The notes under the pieces: generated by a model
What the model saw: only the letters and a program-made list of their open reading frames with translations
The model's database searches: none
What the model was told of the DNA's origin: nothing
Made by a program: the position numbers and the translations under genes
In this document: positions 54,415 to 64,000 of the stretch, one piece after another
How the letters are laid out: every line of letters starts with the position of its first letter
How positions within the stretch are numbered: position 1 is the first letter of the stretch
Assembly: GCA_902611645.1 (NCBI GenBank)
Contig: CACMAF010000003.1
Span: 10,072-74,071 of the forward strand
Length of the DNA: 64,000 bases
DNA from: an uncultured SAR86 cluster bacterium
Lineage (GTDB): Bacteria > Pseudomonadota > Gammaproteobacteria > Magnimaribacterales > Magnimaribacteraceae
Reading direction: 5' to 3'

Positions 54415-56823
54415 TTAAAATTGTGTCCCGATTTCAAATTGAAAATTTTCTGTTTCATCTAAAGGGCCTTCGTTCGAAGGGGCAGCAATTGCAAGAGACA
54501 TTGGACCCAACTGAGTTATCCAAGTCACTCCAACTCCATAAGAATACCTCAACTCCCCTAAGTCTAGTTCGCTGCAATTTACGTTAGATTGATCGAACCC
54601 ACAGTCCTTCGAAAATACATTTCCCACATCCACAAAGAAAGAGCTACGCATTGATCTTTGATCCTCAATGAAAGGCAGCTTAAATATAAAGTCGAATCCT
54701 CCTTCAACTAAATAAGCTCCTCCTATTGATCTATCATCTCTGTAATAAGAGTAAGGATTTGCAATCGGATTGCCATCTTCTCCAATTATAGGATTGCCTT
54801 CATTATCTAGATAAAACTGTGAGGGTATAGCTCTGGGACCAAGGGTATTTTGCTTGAAGCCTCTTACTGAACTAATTCCACCAGAATAATAATGCTCGAA
54901 GAAAGGAGCTACTTCTGTATCACCATAAGCCTCTAATACTCCAAGCTCACCTCTAAATCCTAGTACAAATCTTCCATCAAAAATTGGTCGAAAATATTTA
55001 TGTCTGTAGGTGAGTTTAGAGTATGTCAAGGAACTTCCTGGAACAGCAACTTGGAGTGCGAAAGATTGAGATTGGCCTGCAGTAGGGAATAGCCCCCTAT
55101 TCAAGGTAACTCTTGACCAGATGAATTGGGTCTTAAATACTTCAAATTTAGTACCTTCAGATTGGGTAAAAGCTAGAATCTGAGATGCTGGTGTAGAACC
55201 AGTATCTATACTTGTATTATCGTAATTTAAGTTGAGCCCTATTCTCTCAATATCGCTTATAGGCAGACCAAATTGTATACCTGCCCCAAAAGAATCAGAT
55301 GTATAGCTTGCAATATTAAATTGACCATAGTCAGATTCTCTAAAATAAGCACTATAACCTCTACTGACTCCATCTATGTTGAAATAAGGCTCTCCATAGC
55401 TGAAAGAATAACTTCGTTGCCAGGTGCTATCATTAATACCTATGCCAATTGCTCGCCCTGTTCCAAAAGCATTATTTTCATTGTAATTGAGACCCAGAAC
55501 TAGTCCATAGGCTCCATATCCTAGACTACCTCCGATAGATCCTGAAAATTCCTCTTCAACTGTGAACTCAACATCAATCTGATCGTTCACTCCAGGGACA
55601 GGTATAGTCTCTGATTCGACTTCTTTAAAGAATCCTAGCCTCTCGAGTCGTAACTTCGAATTTTCTATAAGATTATTCGATGCCCAGGCACCTTCCATTT
55701 GTCTCATTTCTCTTCTTAGCACTACGTCGTGGGTCCTCTTATTTCCTTTAAAAATAATACGTCTAACGTATGTTCTTTGTTGAGGATCTACATAAAATGT
55801 TAAATCTACATTCCCTGAATCTTCATTTACATCAGGGACGCCTCGTACTTCAGCAAAACTATACCCTTCATTACCTAGTATGTTTTTAAAAATCTCTTCT
55901 GTTTCAGTAACTAAAAACTGATTAAAGCGCTCTCCTTTTTTAATCAATATAAGCGATTTGAGGACTTCTTCCTCAATAGGTAGATCTCCAACTATTTTGA
56001 TTTCATTAACATCATAAGTTGTTCCTTCGGAAATATTAAGTGTAATAAAAACGCCAGATTTATCAGGCGAAACGCTCACTTGAGAACTTTCTAAACTAAA
56101 TTCAACATAGCCTCTATTTTTGTAAAATGACTCCAGAGATTCAATGTCACCCTTTAATTTCTCTCTTGAATATCGATTATCATTTGTAAAAAAAGAGAAC
56201 CATCCACCTGTGGTTAGCTCAAAATCTTGTAAAATATCTTCATCAGAGAAGGACAGATTACCGACTACATTTATAGTTTTTATCTCAGCTACTTCTCCCT
56301 CATCTATTTCAATCTTCAAAGACACCCTGTTTCTAGGCTCATCCTCACTAGTAACTTCAACCTTCGCACCATAACGACCTTGAGAAACATACTGCCTTTG
56401 TATTTCTAATGCCAAACTGTTTACAATAGACCGCTTAAAAACTTGCCCTTCTGAAAGTCCTGCGTCATCTAGTCCTTTTAGCAAGTCTTCAGTTTTCAAA
56501 GCCTTGTTTCCATCAAGATCTATGGATGCTATCGAAGGTCTTTCTACTAAACTTATTATTAAAGTATTCGCTTCTCGGCCGAGTTGAATATCATCAAATT
56601 GGCCTGTCTTAAATATCGTCTTTGCAGTTGTTTGGAGGTCATAAACATTGACAGTATCACCAACAGCGATTGGCATAACATTAAATACACTTCCTGCTGA
56701 AACTCTCTGCAAACCACTGATTCTAATATCACTTACAACCCACTCTTCTTCGGAACTGATATTTTGGACTTGGAAGAGACCAGCTAAAAGTAGGATAAAA
56801 AATCCTTTAATGTGCATCTTCAT
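54415..56823 (-). CDS. bamA: Outer membrane protein assembly factor BamA
   Basis: POTRA repeats (GLQRV, LRREMRQMEG), VRGF motif, C-terminal FEIGTQF. Confidence 0.97.
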   Translation of the reverse strand: MKMHIKGFFILLLAGLFQVQNISSEEEWVVSDIRISGLQRVSAGSVFNVMPIAVGDTVNVYDLQTTAKTIFKTGQFDDIQLGREANTLIISLVERPSIASIDLDGNKALKTEDLLKGLDDAGLSEGQVFKRSIVNSLALEIQRQYVSQGRYGAKVEVTSEDEPRNRVSLKIEIDEGEVAEIKTINVVGNLSFSDEDILQDFELTTGGWFSFFTNDNRYSREKLKGDIESLESFYKNRGYVEFSLESSQVSVSPDKSGVFITLNISEGTTYDVNEIKIVGDLPIEEEVLKSLILIKKGERFNQFLVTETEEIFKNILGNEGYSFAEVRGVPDVNEDSGNVDLTFYVDPQQRTYVRRIIFKGNKRTHDVVLRREMRQMEGAWASNNLIENSKLRLERLGFFKEVESETIPVPGVNDQIDVEFTVEEEFSGSIGGSLGYGAYGLVLGLNYNENNAFGTGRAIGIGINDSTWQRSYSFSYGEPYFNIDGVSRGYSAYFRESDYGQFNIASYTSDSFGAGIQFGLPISDIERIGLNLNYDNTSIDTGSTPASQILAFTQSEGTKFEVFKTQFIWSRVTLNRGLFPTAGQSQSFALQVAVPGSSLTYSKLTYRHKYFRPIFDGRFVLGFRGELGVLEAYGDTEVAPFFEHYYSGGISSVRGFKQNTLGPRAIPSQFYLDNEGNPIIGEDGNPIANPYSYYRDDRSIGGAYLVEGGFDFIFKLPFIEDQRSMRSSFFVDVGNVFSKDCGFDQSNVNCSELDLGELRYSYGVGVTWITQLGPMSLAIAAPSNEGPLDETENFQFEIGTQF

Positions 56824-56825
56824 AA

Positions 56826-58187
56826 CTAGATCAACCTTGCAATATCATTTGCAAAAGCAAATATCATTAAACTTACTACGAGAACTAATCCAATTCTCAT
56901 GGAATATTCAATTGCAATTTCAGAAACGGGAGACCCTTTGATTTTTTCTATGACAATCATTAACAATTGTCCGCCATCTAATATAGGTATCGGCAAAAGA
57001 TTCAATAGTCCCAAATTGATACTCAATAATGCCACCATTGATAAAAAAGTAATATATCCTGCTTTGGCAGCAGATCCCGCAAGCACTGAAATCTGTATTG
57101 GACCTCCGAGGTTATCAGCTGATATTGATCCGCTTAGCATCTTACCTATTGAAGTAATAATCAAAATTGTATATCTGTAGGTATCCTCAATACCAACTAA
57201 CAAGGCTGGAAAGAAGTTTTCTTTTTTTTCTACTACAAAATCTGCAGGCCAATTATTAAAATTATTTGAAGCAAGTATACCAATCCTGCCCTTTTGAGCT
57301 CCTGTTTCATCGATAAAACTTGAACTCTCAAGCATCAGTATTTTCGATTCCTGACCTCTTTGAACTTTAATCTCAATTAGCTGATTAGGCAAAAGGCTCA
57401 GAATTCTCGATAATTCTTGCCATGTTGAAACATCTTCACCATTAATGGATTGTATGAAGTCTCCCTCTTTTATACCGTACTTTAGAGCAGGGCCATCTTC
57501 TTGTAGTTTACCGACTATCGGAGGAAGAAATGGCTGCAGTCCTAAGGCTTGACTTGGAGCAATTTGATCATTGCCGGATAGCCAATCGTCTATTGGTAAC
57601 AAAGCAGTTCTCTCCTGACCTTCTCTAATATATTTAATGTTGATAACTCCTGTATCTCCAACCCTTTTAGAAAGTATAAGATTTATATCATTAAATACCG
57701 TGACCGTTTCGTTATCTATCTGTACTATCTTGTCATTAACTGTAATACCGTATTCTTTAGAAAGACTCTCAGTAACAACCTCACCAATTAAAGACGAAAG
57801 TTGGGTCGTACCAACTAGTGCTAAATAAAAATAGACAAAGACAGCGAGGAAAAAATTGGCAATTGGACCTGCTACTGTTACTGCAGCTCTCTCTCCTAGA
57901 GAAGCCTGCAGATAAGATTTTTTATTTTCAAAAGAACCTTCAGATCCTTCTTGAACAGGGTTATTTTCACCCAACATTTGTACATAGCCACCTAATGGTA
58001 GTACCCCGAATGAATATGTACAATCCTTCTTATCCTTATAAGAAAATAGTTCTTTACCGAAACCTATCTTAAACTTCAGAACGTGAATATTACAAAATCT
58101 TGCTGTTAAGAAATGGCCAAGTTCATGAATACCCACAATGATGCTTATAAGAAAAATAAAGGAAAATATGGTGAATAAAAGGTCCAT
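56826..58187 (-). CDS. rseP: RIP metalloprotease RseP
   Basis: HELGHF, PLGGYV, AGPIAN, two PDZ domains, NLLPIPILDGG. Confidence 0.96.
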   Translation of the reverse strand: MDLLFTIFSFIFLISIIVGIHELGHFLTARFCNIHVLKFKIGFGKELFSYKDKKDCTYSFGVLPLGGYVQMLGENNPVQEGSEGSFENKKSYLQASLGERAAVTVAGPIANFFLAVFVYFYLALVGTTQLSSLIGEVVTESLSKEYGITVNDKIVQIDNETVTVFNDINLILSKRVGDTGVINIKYIREGQERTALLPIDDWLSGNDQIAPSQALGLQPFLPPIVGKLQEDGPALKYGIKEGDFIQSINGEDVSTWQELSRILSLLPNQLIEIKVQRGQESKILMLESSSFIDETGAQKGRIGILASNNFNNWPADFVVEKKENFFPALLVGIEDTYRYTILIITSIGKMLSGSISADNLGGPIQISVLAGSAAKAGYITFLSMVALLSINLGLLNLLPIPILDGGQLLMIVIEKIKGSPVSEIAIEYSMRIGLVLVVSLMIFAFANDIARLI

Positions 58188-59344
58188 TAATTAATTTTTA
58201 TGAGTTCTTTAGTCATCTCTCTAGATTGCATATCAGCTTCAAAAATATCTTCTATTCCTTCGACCATCTTTATATCTGATTTATCCAAAACTTCTGAAAT
58301 AATTTTATGTATATCTAAGTAGCCTATTCTACCTTCTAAAAAGGAAGCTACACACTCTTCATTTGCAGCATTTAAAGTAGAAAAGCTTGTTCCACCAGAA
58401 TTAATACAATCCTTTGCAAGAACTAATGAGGGAAATTTTTTTGAATCTGGTTTCACAAAAGAAAGGTTTCTGATCTTTTCTAAATCAAGGGAATCACAAC
58501 CAGAATTGATTCTTTCGGGGAAACCCAAACCGTAAGCTATTGGAATTTTCATATCTGGAATAGAGAGTTGGGCTATCAGAGATTTATCTTTAAACTCAAC
58601 CAAGGAATGTATGATACCTTCTGGATGGATAAGCACATCTATATCGTCAAATCCAAATAACCATTTAGCTTCTATTACTTCTAAGCATTTATTCATCATA
58701 GTTGATGAATCAACCGAGATCTTATCCCCCATATTCCAAATAGGATGTGCGGTTGCCTCTTTAGGGGTTATATTCTTAAAGTCGTTGATATCTCTATTGA
58801 GAAAAGGACCACCCGATCCTGTTAATATTAGCCGTGATATTGATTCTACATTTTTAGCTCCCATTAAACATTGATGAATTGCACTATGCTCACTGTCTAT
58901 TGGAAAAATTGTTGCGCCGGTTTTTTTAGATAAATTATTTAAAATTTCTCCAGCTACTACATAAGACTCTTTGTTAGCCAATAAAATATGCTTTCCATAC
59001 TTTATTGCCTGAAATACAGGCTTTAATCCCGCTATTCCAACCATAGCAGCAACAACTATTTCTAAATCTTGTGAGGCAATAACTTGGTTTAATCCCTTCT
59101 CATCAGATAGTAAAGTCACTTGAGAATTATTTGTTCCTAGTTGATCTTGAAAGGATTTTTGGGCTTCTTTATTTTCTAGATAGACGAATTTTGGAGTAAA
59201 TTCTTTACACTGTTCTGCCATAAGGCTGAAATTAGTTTGAGCTGTGAGTAATTCTATTTTAAATTCGTCCTTATTTTCTCTTATGACATCTAAAGTTGAT
59301 TTTCCAACAGAGCCAGTAGAACCTAAAATAGCTAAACTTTTCAT
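58187..59344 (-). CDS. dxr: 1-deoxy-D-xylulose 5-phosphate reductoisomerase
   Basis: LGSTGSVG, LANKES, PIDSEH, SGGPF; start moved to the ATG at 59344, which overlaps the cdsA stop. Confidence 0.96.
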   Translation of the reverse strand: MKSLAILGSTGSVGKSTLDVIRENKDEFKIELLTAQTNFSLMAEQCKEFTPKFVYLENKEAQKSFQDQLGTNNSQVTLLSDEKGLNQVIASQDLEIVVAAMVGIAGLKPVFQAIKYGKHILLANKESYVVAGEILNNLSKKTGATIFPIDSEHSAIHQCLMGAKNVESISRLILTGSGGPFLNRDINDFKNITPKEATAHPIWNMGDKISVDSSTMMNKCLEVIEAKWLFGFDDIDVLIHPEGIIHSLVEFKDKSLIAQLSIPDMKIPIAYGLGFPERINSGCDSLDLEKIRNLSFVKPDSKKFPSLVLAKDCINSGGTSFSTLNAANEECVASFLEGRIGYLDIHKIISEVLDKSDIKMVEGIEDIFEADMQSREMTKELIKIN

Positions 59345-60162
59345 TTTGAAACTATATTCAATAAAAAAACAAAACAAGGAAAAGCTGCAATATGGCTATC
59401 TAATCGATCGAAAAGACCGCCATGTCCTGGAATCAAATTAGAATAATCCTTAACTTCCACTACCCGCTTCATCATGCTAGCAAAAGCATCTCCTAAAACA
59501 GAGTATAAAGAAACCAGTACCAATATACATAAGACTAAAAAGAATGGTAAATTGAAAATATTGAAAGATATAGTTGATAAAAGAAGAGGAGTAACAATAA
59601 TTGCAGCCATAAAACCCTCAAGAGTCTTATTTGGGCTAACATTTGTTATAAAAGGTCTTTTACCAAAACTTTTACCAGCAAAGAAGGCAATAGAGTCCAT
59701 GAGAATAGCAATTAAAACAATATAAAATATTAAATATTTACCGCTTTCTAACTCAAGAACTGTCACAGGAAAATTATTGTTAGAAATTATCTGAATTAAG
59801 GATGCAAAGAATCCAAGATGGATAACAAATCCGAATAAACTCCAGACCATAGATATTTTTAGAAAAGTCTTATTCAAAGGAAAACTTAAGATGAGAATTG
59901 AGGATAAAAAGTACGTTATTACACTCAGTGTGATAAATAAATAACTGAAGAAAGGTGAAAAAGAAACAAACATCAAAATTAGGAAGAGGAATATTCCTAA
60001 AAGAGAGTAAGCATCTGTGAATCTTACCTTCAAGAATTCCCAAAGAGAGATGGATGAGATTAAGGCAACAAGATATGTTAAGTATTGGTTATTTAAAAAG
60101 AGTATAAGAAGGCTGATTCCAACTGTTATTATAAAAGCACTAAGAAACCTTTGTTTAAGCAT
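59341..60162 (-). CDS. cdsA: Phosphatidate cytidylyltransferase
   Basis: SPNKTLEG, KDYSNLIPGHGGLFDRLDS. Confidence 0.95.
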   Translation of the reverse strand: MLKQRFLSAFIITVGISLLILFLNNQYLTYLVALISSISLWEFLKVRFTDAYSLLGIFLFLILMFVSFSPFFSYLFITLSVITYFLSSILILSFPLNKTFLKISMVWSLFGFVIHLGFFASLIQIISNNNFPVTVLELESGKYLIFYIVLIAILMDSIAFFAGKSFGKRPFITNVSPNKTLEGFMAAIIVTPLLLSTISFNIFNLPFFLVLCILVLVSLYSVLGDAFASMMKRVVEVKDYSNLIPGHGGLFDRLDSHIAAFPCFVFLLNIVSK

Positions 60163-60164
60163 CT

Positions 60165-60890
60165 TTACAACTGAAAGTTAGATTTGTCTCCGAAACGCCT
60201 TGATCTTTTTGAAAATTCTTTGAGCGCTTTATCGAAGTGTTGATCATCAAAGTCAGGCCAAAGCACATCAGGGAAATATAGTTCTGAATACGCTAATTGC
60301 CACAACAAAAAATTACTTATTCTAAGTTCATTGCCAGTTCTAATGCATAAATCAGGATCTGTAAATTTTGATGTCGATAGAAATTCATCAAAACTTTCCT
60401 CAGTAAGTTCTTTATTTGATCCTGAATCGAGATGTTTATTTATTGCGTTGACAATATCCCATCTTCCTCCATAACTTGCAGCAACAACTAAATCCAATTT
60501 TTTTCTTTCTGTGTCGCAATAAGTTAATCTTTCTGATTCTTTCATCTGCTCTGTAAGCTCCTGATCAAATTGGGACAAGTCACCTATAAAGCTTAGCTGG
60601 ACTGAATTTTTAATTAGATTAGGCACCTCTTCATGAAGAGCAGTATTTAATAGCTTCATGAGCAGGTTAACTTCTTCTGATGATCTGCCCCAGTTCTCGC
60701 TACTAAAAGCAAATAAAGTGAGTGTAGATAGACCTCTTTGGACAGCATATTCAACTGACTTTCTTGCCCTTTCAACACCTTTTTTATGTCCTGCAACCCC
60801 GGGGAGATTTTTCTCTGAAGCCCATCGGTTATTGCCATCCATTATTATGGCAACATGTTTAGGTAAGGTTTCAGTTTGACTACCTTCCAT
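60165..60890 (-). CDS. uppS: Undecaprenyl diphosphate synthase
   Basis: HVAIIMDGNNRW, FSSENW, RISNFLLWQ. Confidence 0.97.
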   Translation of the reverse strand: MEGSQTETLPKHVAIIMDGNNRWASEKNLPGVAGHKKGVERARKSVEYAVQRGLSTLTLFAFSSENWGRSSEEVNLLMKLLNTALHEEVPNLIKNSVQLSFIGDLSQFDQELTEQMKESERLTYCDTERKKLDLVVAASYGGRWDIVNAINKHLDSGSNKELTEESFDEFLSTSKFTDPDLCIRTGNELRISNFLLWQLAYSELYFPDVLWPDFDDQHFDKALKEFSKRSRRFGDKSNFQL

Positions 60891-60899
60891 TTTTAAAAA

Positions 60900-61457
60900 T
60901 TAGAAGTCTAAGAGATCCTTTTCTTTAGCGTTCAATGCTAAATCTACTTTTTCTACGAAAGTATCCGTTAATTTCTGGATTAATTCTTCTCCTTGTCTTT
61001 CTTCATCTTGAGATATCTGCTTCTCTTTAAGGAATTCTTTTAATTGAGAATTACCCTCCCTTCTTACATTTCTTATTGATACTTTTGCATTCTCTGCTTC
61101 AGCTTTTGCTTTTTTTATGAAATCCCTTCTGGTTTCTTCTGTAAGATCGGGCAAAATTACCCGAATGGTGTCTCCTGATGTGGCCGGATTTAATCCAAGA
61201 TCAGATTCAGAGATTGCTTTTTCTATCTGTTGCACGACACCCTTCTCCCATGGAACTATAGCTAAAGTTTTTGCATCTTCTATGCTTATACTAGCTACTT
61301 GCACTAGAGGGGTAAGCTTATCGTAATAATCTACCTTAATACTATCGAGTAAGGATGGTGTTGCTCTTCCAGTTCGGATCTTCTTGAATGCTGCGTCTAA
61401 AGCATTCAAGCTCCTTTCCATGCCTAACTCGGCATCTTCAACAATTTCGTTTAACAT
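60900..61457 (-). CDS. frr: Ribosome recycling factor
   Basis: IRTGRA, LGLNP, LTEETRR, IRNVRR. Confidence 0.97.
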   Translation of the reverse strand: MLNEIVEDAELGMERSLNALDAAFKKIRTGRATPSLLDSIKVDYYDKLTPLVQVASISIEDAKTLAIVPWEKGVVQQIEKAISESDLGLNPATSGDTIRVILPDLTEETRRDFIKKAKAEAENAKVSIRNVRREGNSQLKEFLKEKQISQDEERQGEELIQKLTDTFVEKVDLALNAKEKDLLDF

Positions 61458-62315
61458 TTATCCTTCGAGCTGAGACATTACTTCACTAGCAAAATCTACT
61501 TTTTCCACCTCAATGCCCTCTCCGACTTCATATCTTGTAAAGCTTAAAATACTAGCATTATTATCAGCTAACAGTTTACTTATTTTAACATTTGGGTCTT
61601 TGACAAAGTCTTGCTCAGTTAAACTAACTTCAGCTAAAAATTTTGATATCTTACCTTCAATCATTTTTTCAATAATTTCTGGAGGTTTACCAGACTCTTC
61701 TGATTGAGCTTTGAATATTTCTCTTTCTTTATCAACTGTCTCTTTTGGTATATCCAAAGGAGAAACTGCCATAGGATCAGTTGCAGCAGCGTGCATAGCA
61801 ATATCATTTGCAAGAGCTTCGTCTCCACCTTCTAAAGAAACAATACATCCAATTTTATTATTACTATGTAAATAGGAACCACTAATAGAAGATTCATCAC
61901 TTTTAGCCAGTCTTCTAACAACGATATTCTCACCTAACTTCTGAACCAATTTTTCTCTATTATCTTCTATGCCACTTTCTAAAAGTTGCTCTAATGAATA
62001 CGATGGATTGTTGGAATATATATCTAGAGTGTCTTTCGCGAAATTTATATATGAGTCATCTCTTGCAACAAAATCAGTTTCGCAATTCACTTCGATCATA
62101 AAAAAATCCTTATCTTTATTGGTAATACCAATTAAACCATCCGCAGCTGACCTTCCTGACTTTTTACTTGCTTTTATACCGCTAGTTTTTCTTAACTCTT
62201 CTATTGCTAAATCTATGTCTCCGTTTGCTTCTTCCAAAGCTTTTTTACAATCCATTAGACCTAAACCCGTTTTTTCTCTTAATTCTTTAACTTGTGAAGC
62301 TGAAATAGCACTCAT
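61458..62315 (-). CDS. tsf: Elongation factor Ts
   Basis: VKELREKTG.GLMDCKKAL, NCETDFVA, RYEVGEGI. Confidence 0.98.
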   Translation of the reverse strand: MSAISASQVKELREKTGLGLMDCKKALEEANGDIDLAIEELRKTSGIKASKKSGRSAADGLIGITNKDKDFFMIEVNCETDFVARDDSYINFAKDTLDIYSNNPSYSLEQLLESGIEDNREKLVQKLGENIVVRRLAKSDESSISGSYLHSNNKIGCIVSLEGGDEALANDIAMHAAATDPMAVSPLDIPKETVDKEREIFKAQSEESGKPPEIIEKMIEGKISKFLAEVSLTEQDFVKDPNVKISKLLADNNASILSFTRYEVGEGIEVEKVDFASEVMSQLEG

Positions 62316-62317
62316 AA

Positions 62318-63229
62318 TTATTCCTCGTCCTTTACTTCTTTATTATCTTCTTCAGAAGTGTCTAGTTTTGCTCCTTTATCATCTGAGGGTTCTTGTATCT
62401 CTTGTGATTCATCAGCAGTTTCTTCATTTGATATTGAATCAGACTCTTCGATATCTTTCTTAGGTGATTCTTCTGTAGTTTCATTAGTATCAACTTTACG
62501 AACAATTGAAGGTCCCGATTGAGGTTCATTCTGCTTAAGTCCAGTAGCCGCTTCAGATCCTTTCAAGCAAGCATCTGCAACTGCTTCAGTGAAAAGGGCA
62601 ATTGATCTTATGGAATCATCATTACCTGGTACCACATAATCAATGCCTTCAGGATTACTATTTGAGTCCACTATAGCCACAATGGGGATACCCATTTTAC
62701 TTGCCTCAGACACTGCAATAGACTCTCTTTTAACATCGATTATGAATAAAGCGTCCGGTAAGCCGCCCATTTCAGTCACTCCACCAATAGACTTTTCTAG
62801 TCTATCGATGTCGCGTTGTATCTTTAAACCTTCTTTTTTAGTGAGCTTGCTGAATGTTCCATCTTCCTTTTGTCTTAAAAGGTTTTCTAGCCTAGTGATA
62901 GATGATCTTATAGTTTTATAGTTAGTAAGCATTCCCCCTAACCATCTTTCATTTACGTATGGCATGGAACATCTTATTGCTTCGTTCTTGATGATATCTG
63001 TTGCTGTTCTTTTCGTTCCAACGAAAAGAATTTTGTTATTTTTTGCAGCGACTCCCTCAATAAACTTTAGGGCTGGTTTAATCATTTCTACCGAATGCTC
63101 TAAGTTAATGATGTGAATCTTATTTCTGACGCCAAAAATGTGTTGATCCATTTTTGGGTTCCAGTATTTAGTTTGATGTCCGAAGTGGACACCTGCTTGT
63201 AGCATCTGTTCTAGCGTTATTTCAGCCAT
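62318..63229 (-). CDS. rpsB: 30S ribosomal protein S2 with acidic C-terminal tail
   Basis: AGVHFGH, WNPKM, RWLGGMLTN, PGNDD. Confidence 0.98.
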   Translation of the reverse strand: MAEITLEQMLQAGVHFGHQTKYWNPKMDQHIFGVRNKIHIINLEHSVEMIKPALKFIEGVAAKNNKILFVGTKRTATDIIKNEAIRCSMPYVNERWLGGMLTNYKTIRSSITRLENLLRQKEDGTFSKLTKKEGLKIQRDIDRLEKSIGGVTEMGGLPDALFIIDVKRESIAVSEASKMGIPIVAIVDSNSNPEGIDYVVPGNDDSIRSIALFTEAVADACLKGSEAATGLKQNEPQSGPSIVRKVDTNETTEESPKKDIEESDSISNEETADESQEIQEPSDDKGAKLDTSEEDNKEVKDEE

Positions 63230-63370
63230 TAGCTCTCCTCAATTTATGAAGAACATTACATTCCTCAGGTTATACTTCCATGAACTTACAGAACTTACTA
63301 AAGATGAGCAATCCTTAGCACCTTTGATCTGAAACAGTTTCATGTGTTTCGTTATAGGCACTTGCCTTAA
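63230..63370 (-). ncRNA. rpsB leader (t44-like S2 autoregulatory structure)
   Basis: Minus strand ACACATGAAAC...AAAGGTGC...CATCTTT...GTTCATGGAAGTATAACC forms nested stems and parallels the E. coli ACACACGTATC...GGTGC...GATACGTGGAGGCATAACC leader as recalled. Confidence 0.6.
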
Positions 63371-63377
63371 GGAGAGC

Positions 63378-63386
63378 TTTATATCA
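63378..63386 (-). promoter_or_regulatory. Extended -10 promoter of rpsB-tsf
   Basis: TGATATAAA followed by GC-rich GCTCTCC; matches the TGnTATAAA type known for gammaproteobacterial rpsB. Confidence 0.65.
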
Positions 63387-63399
63387 TATTTATACTAAA

Positions 63400-64000
63400 T
63401 CAAGAAGAATAAATATCACTCATAGAATAGAGGCCAGGTGACCTTTCAGTTAGCCATGACGCTCCTTTTAAGGCTCCCAAAGCAAATATTGATCTGTCTT
63501 CTGCCCTATGAGTAAATTCTATTATCTCCTTATCTAGTGTAATACTAACTGTATGTTCCCCTGGATTATTACCTTCTCTAAAGCTTTCTATCACCACGTT
63601 AGCTTCTGGATAAATAGAAATAATTGCTCTTTTTAAATCTAATGCAGTTCCTGAAGGTGAGTCTTTTTTCTCGATATGATGGGTTTCATTTATAGAGAAT
63701 ACATGGTCTTTAGAAAATAGATTTTTCGATGTGTTTAGAATATTCTTTAGTATCGCTATACCAGAGCTTGTATTAGGAGCAAATAAAACCGGGATTTGAG
63801 TGCTAGCAACCTCTATTTCTTTGAAATCATCTTCACTAAAGCCAGTTGTTCCTATAAGAATTGGAATTTCCTTTTTCTTAGCAAGCTGTAAAATTTCCAT
63901 TGAGCTTTTTGGAGAAGAGAAATCGATGATGATATCTGCACTAAGATCTTCAGACATTTTTCCTGTTATTTGGATCCCTGTTTCTTCTATTTCAAGCAAC
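63400..64000 (-). CDS. dapB: 4-hydroxy-tetrahydrodipicolinate reductase, 5' end outside the window
   Basis: IIDFS, IGTTG, APN.S.G, ETHHIEKKDSPSGTAL, HRAEDRSIFA.GA. Confidence 0.93.
   Translation of the reverse strand, partial: LLEIEETGIQITGKMSEDLSADIIIDFSSPKSSMEILQLAKKKEIPILIGTTGFSEDDFKEIEVASTQIPVLFAPNTSSGIAILKNILNTSKNLFSKDHVFSINETHHIEKKDSPSGTALDLKRAIISIYPEANVVIESFREGNNPGEHTVSITLDKEIIEFTHRAEDRSIFALGALKGASWLTERSPGLYSMSDIYSS

Noticed and set aside
59345-59377. N-terminal extension of Dxr in the ORF track
   Set aside because: Lies inside cdsA; the ATG at 59344 gives the usual MKxxxILGSTGS start

Overview
This is AT-rich, very compact core chromosome from a streamlined gammaproteobacterium; the gene content, tiny intergenic spacers and divergent proteins resemble the marine SAR86 clade (inference). 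It holds the pnp-rpsO-truB-rbfA-infB-nusA-rimP-tRNA-fMet-tRNA-Leu-secG-tpiA-glmM-ftsH-rlmE-greA-carAB block headed by pyrF, followed by map-glnD-dapC-dapD-dapE and lptFG/pepA-holC-valS. A small accessory stretch follows, with a membrane-anchored cold-shock protein, a HupE/UreJ-like protein plus degenerate parvulin, ElaA, Tas, Gpx, rimI, a psi-like protein, leuA, a GPH transporter and an enoyl-CoA hydratase. The window ends with the rpsB-tsf-frr-uppS-cdsA-dxr-rseP-bamA-skp-lpxD-fabZ-lpxA-lpxB-rnhB-dnaE-accA-tilS cluster and a truncated dapB. I saw no mobile element, prophage, CRISPR or defence system. The most interesting signals are non-coding. Two unannotated leader-ORF/hairpin units look like ribosome-dependent attenuators: a leaderless 22-codon Ile/Leu/Val-rich ORF before leuA, and a 30-codon ORF crossing a terminator before pyrF-carAB. 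Also notable are the clean absence of pyrH between tsf and frr, a permuted 44-kb block, and several uncharacterised membrane proteins.
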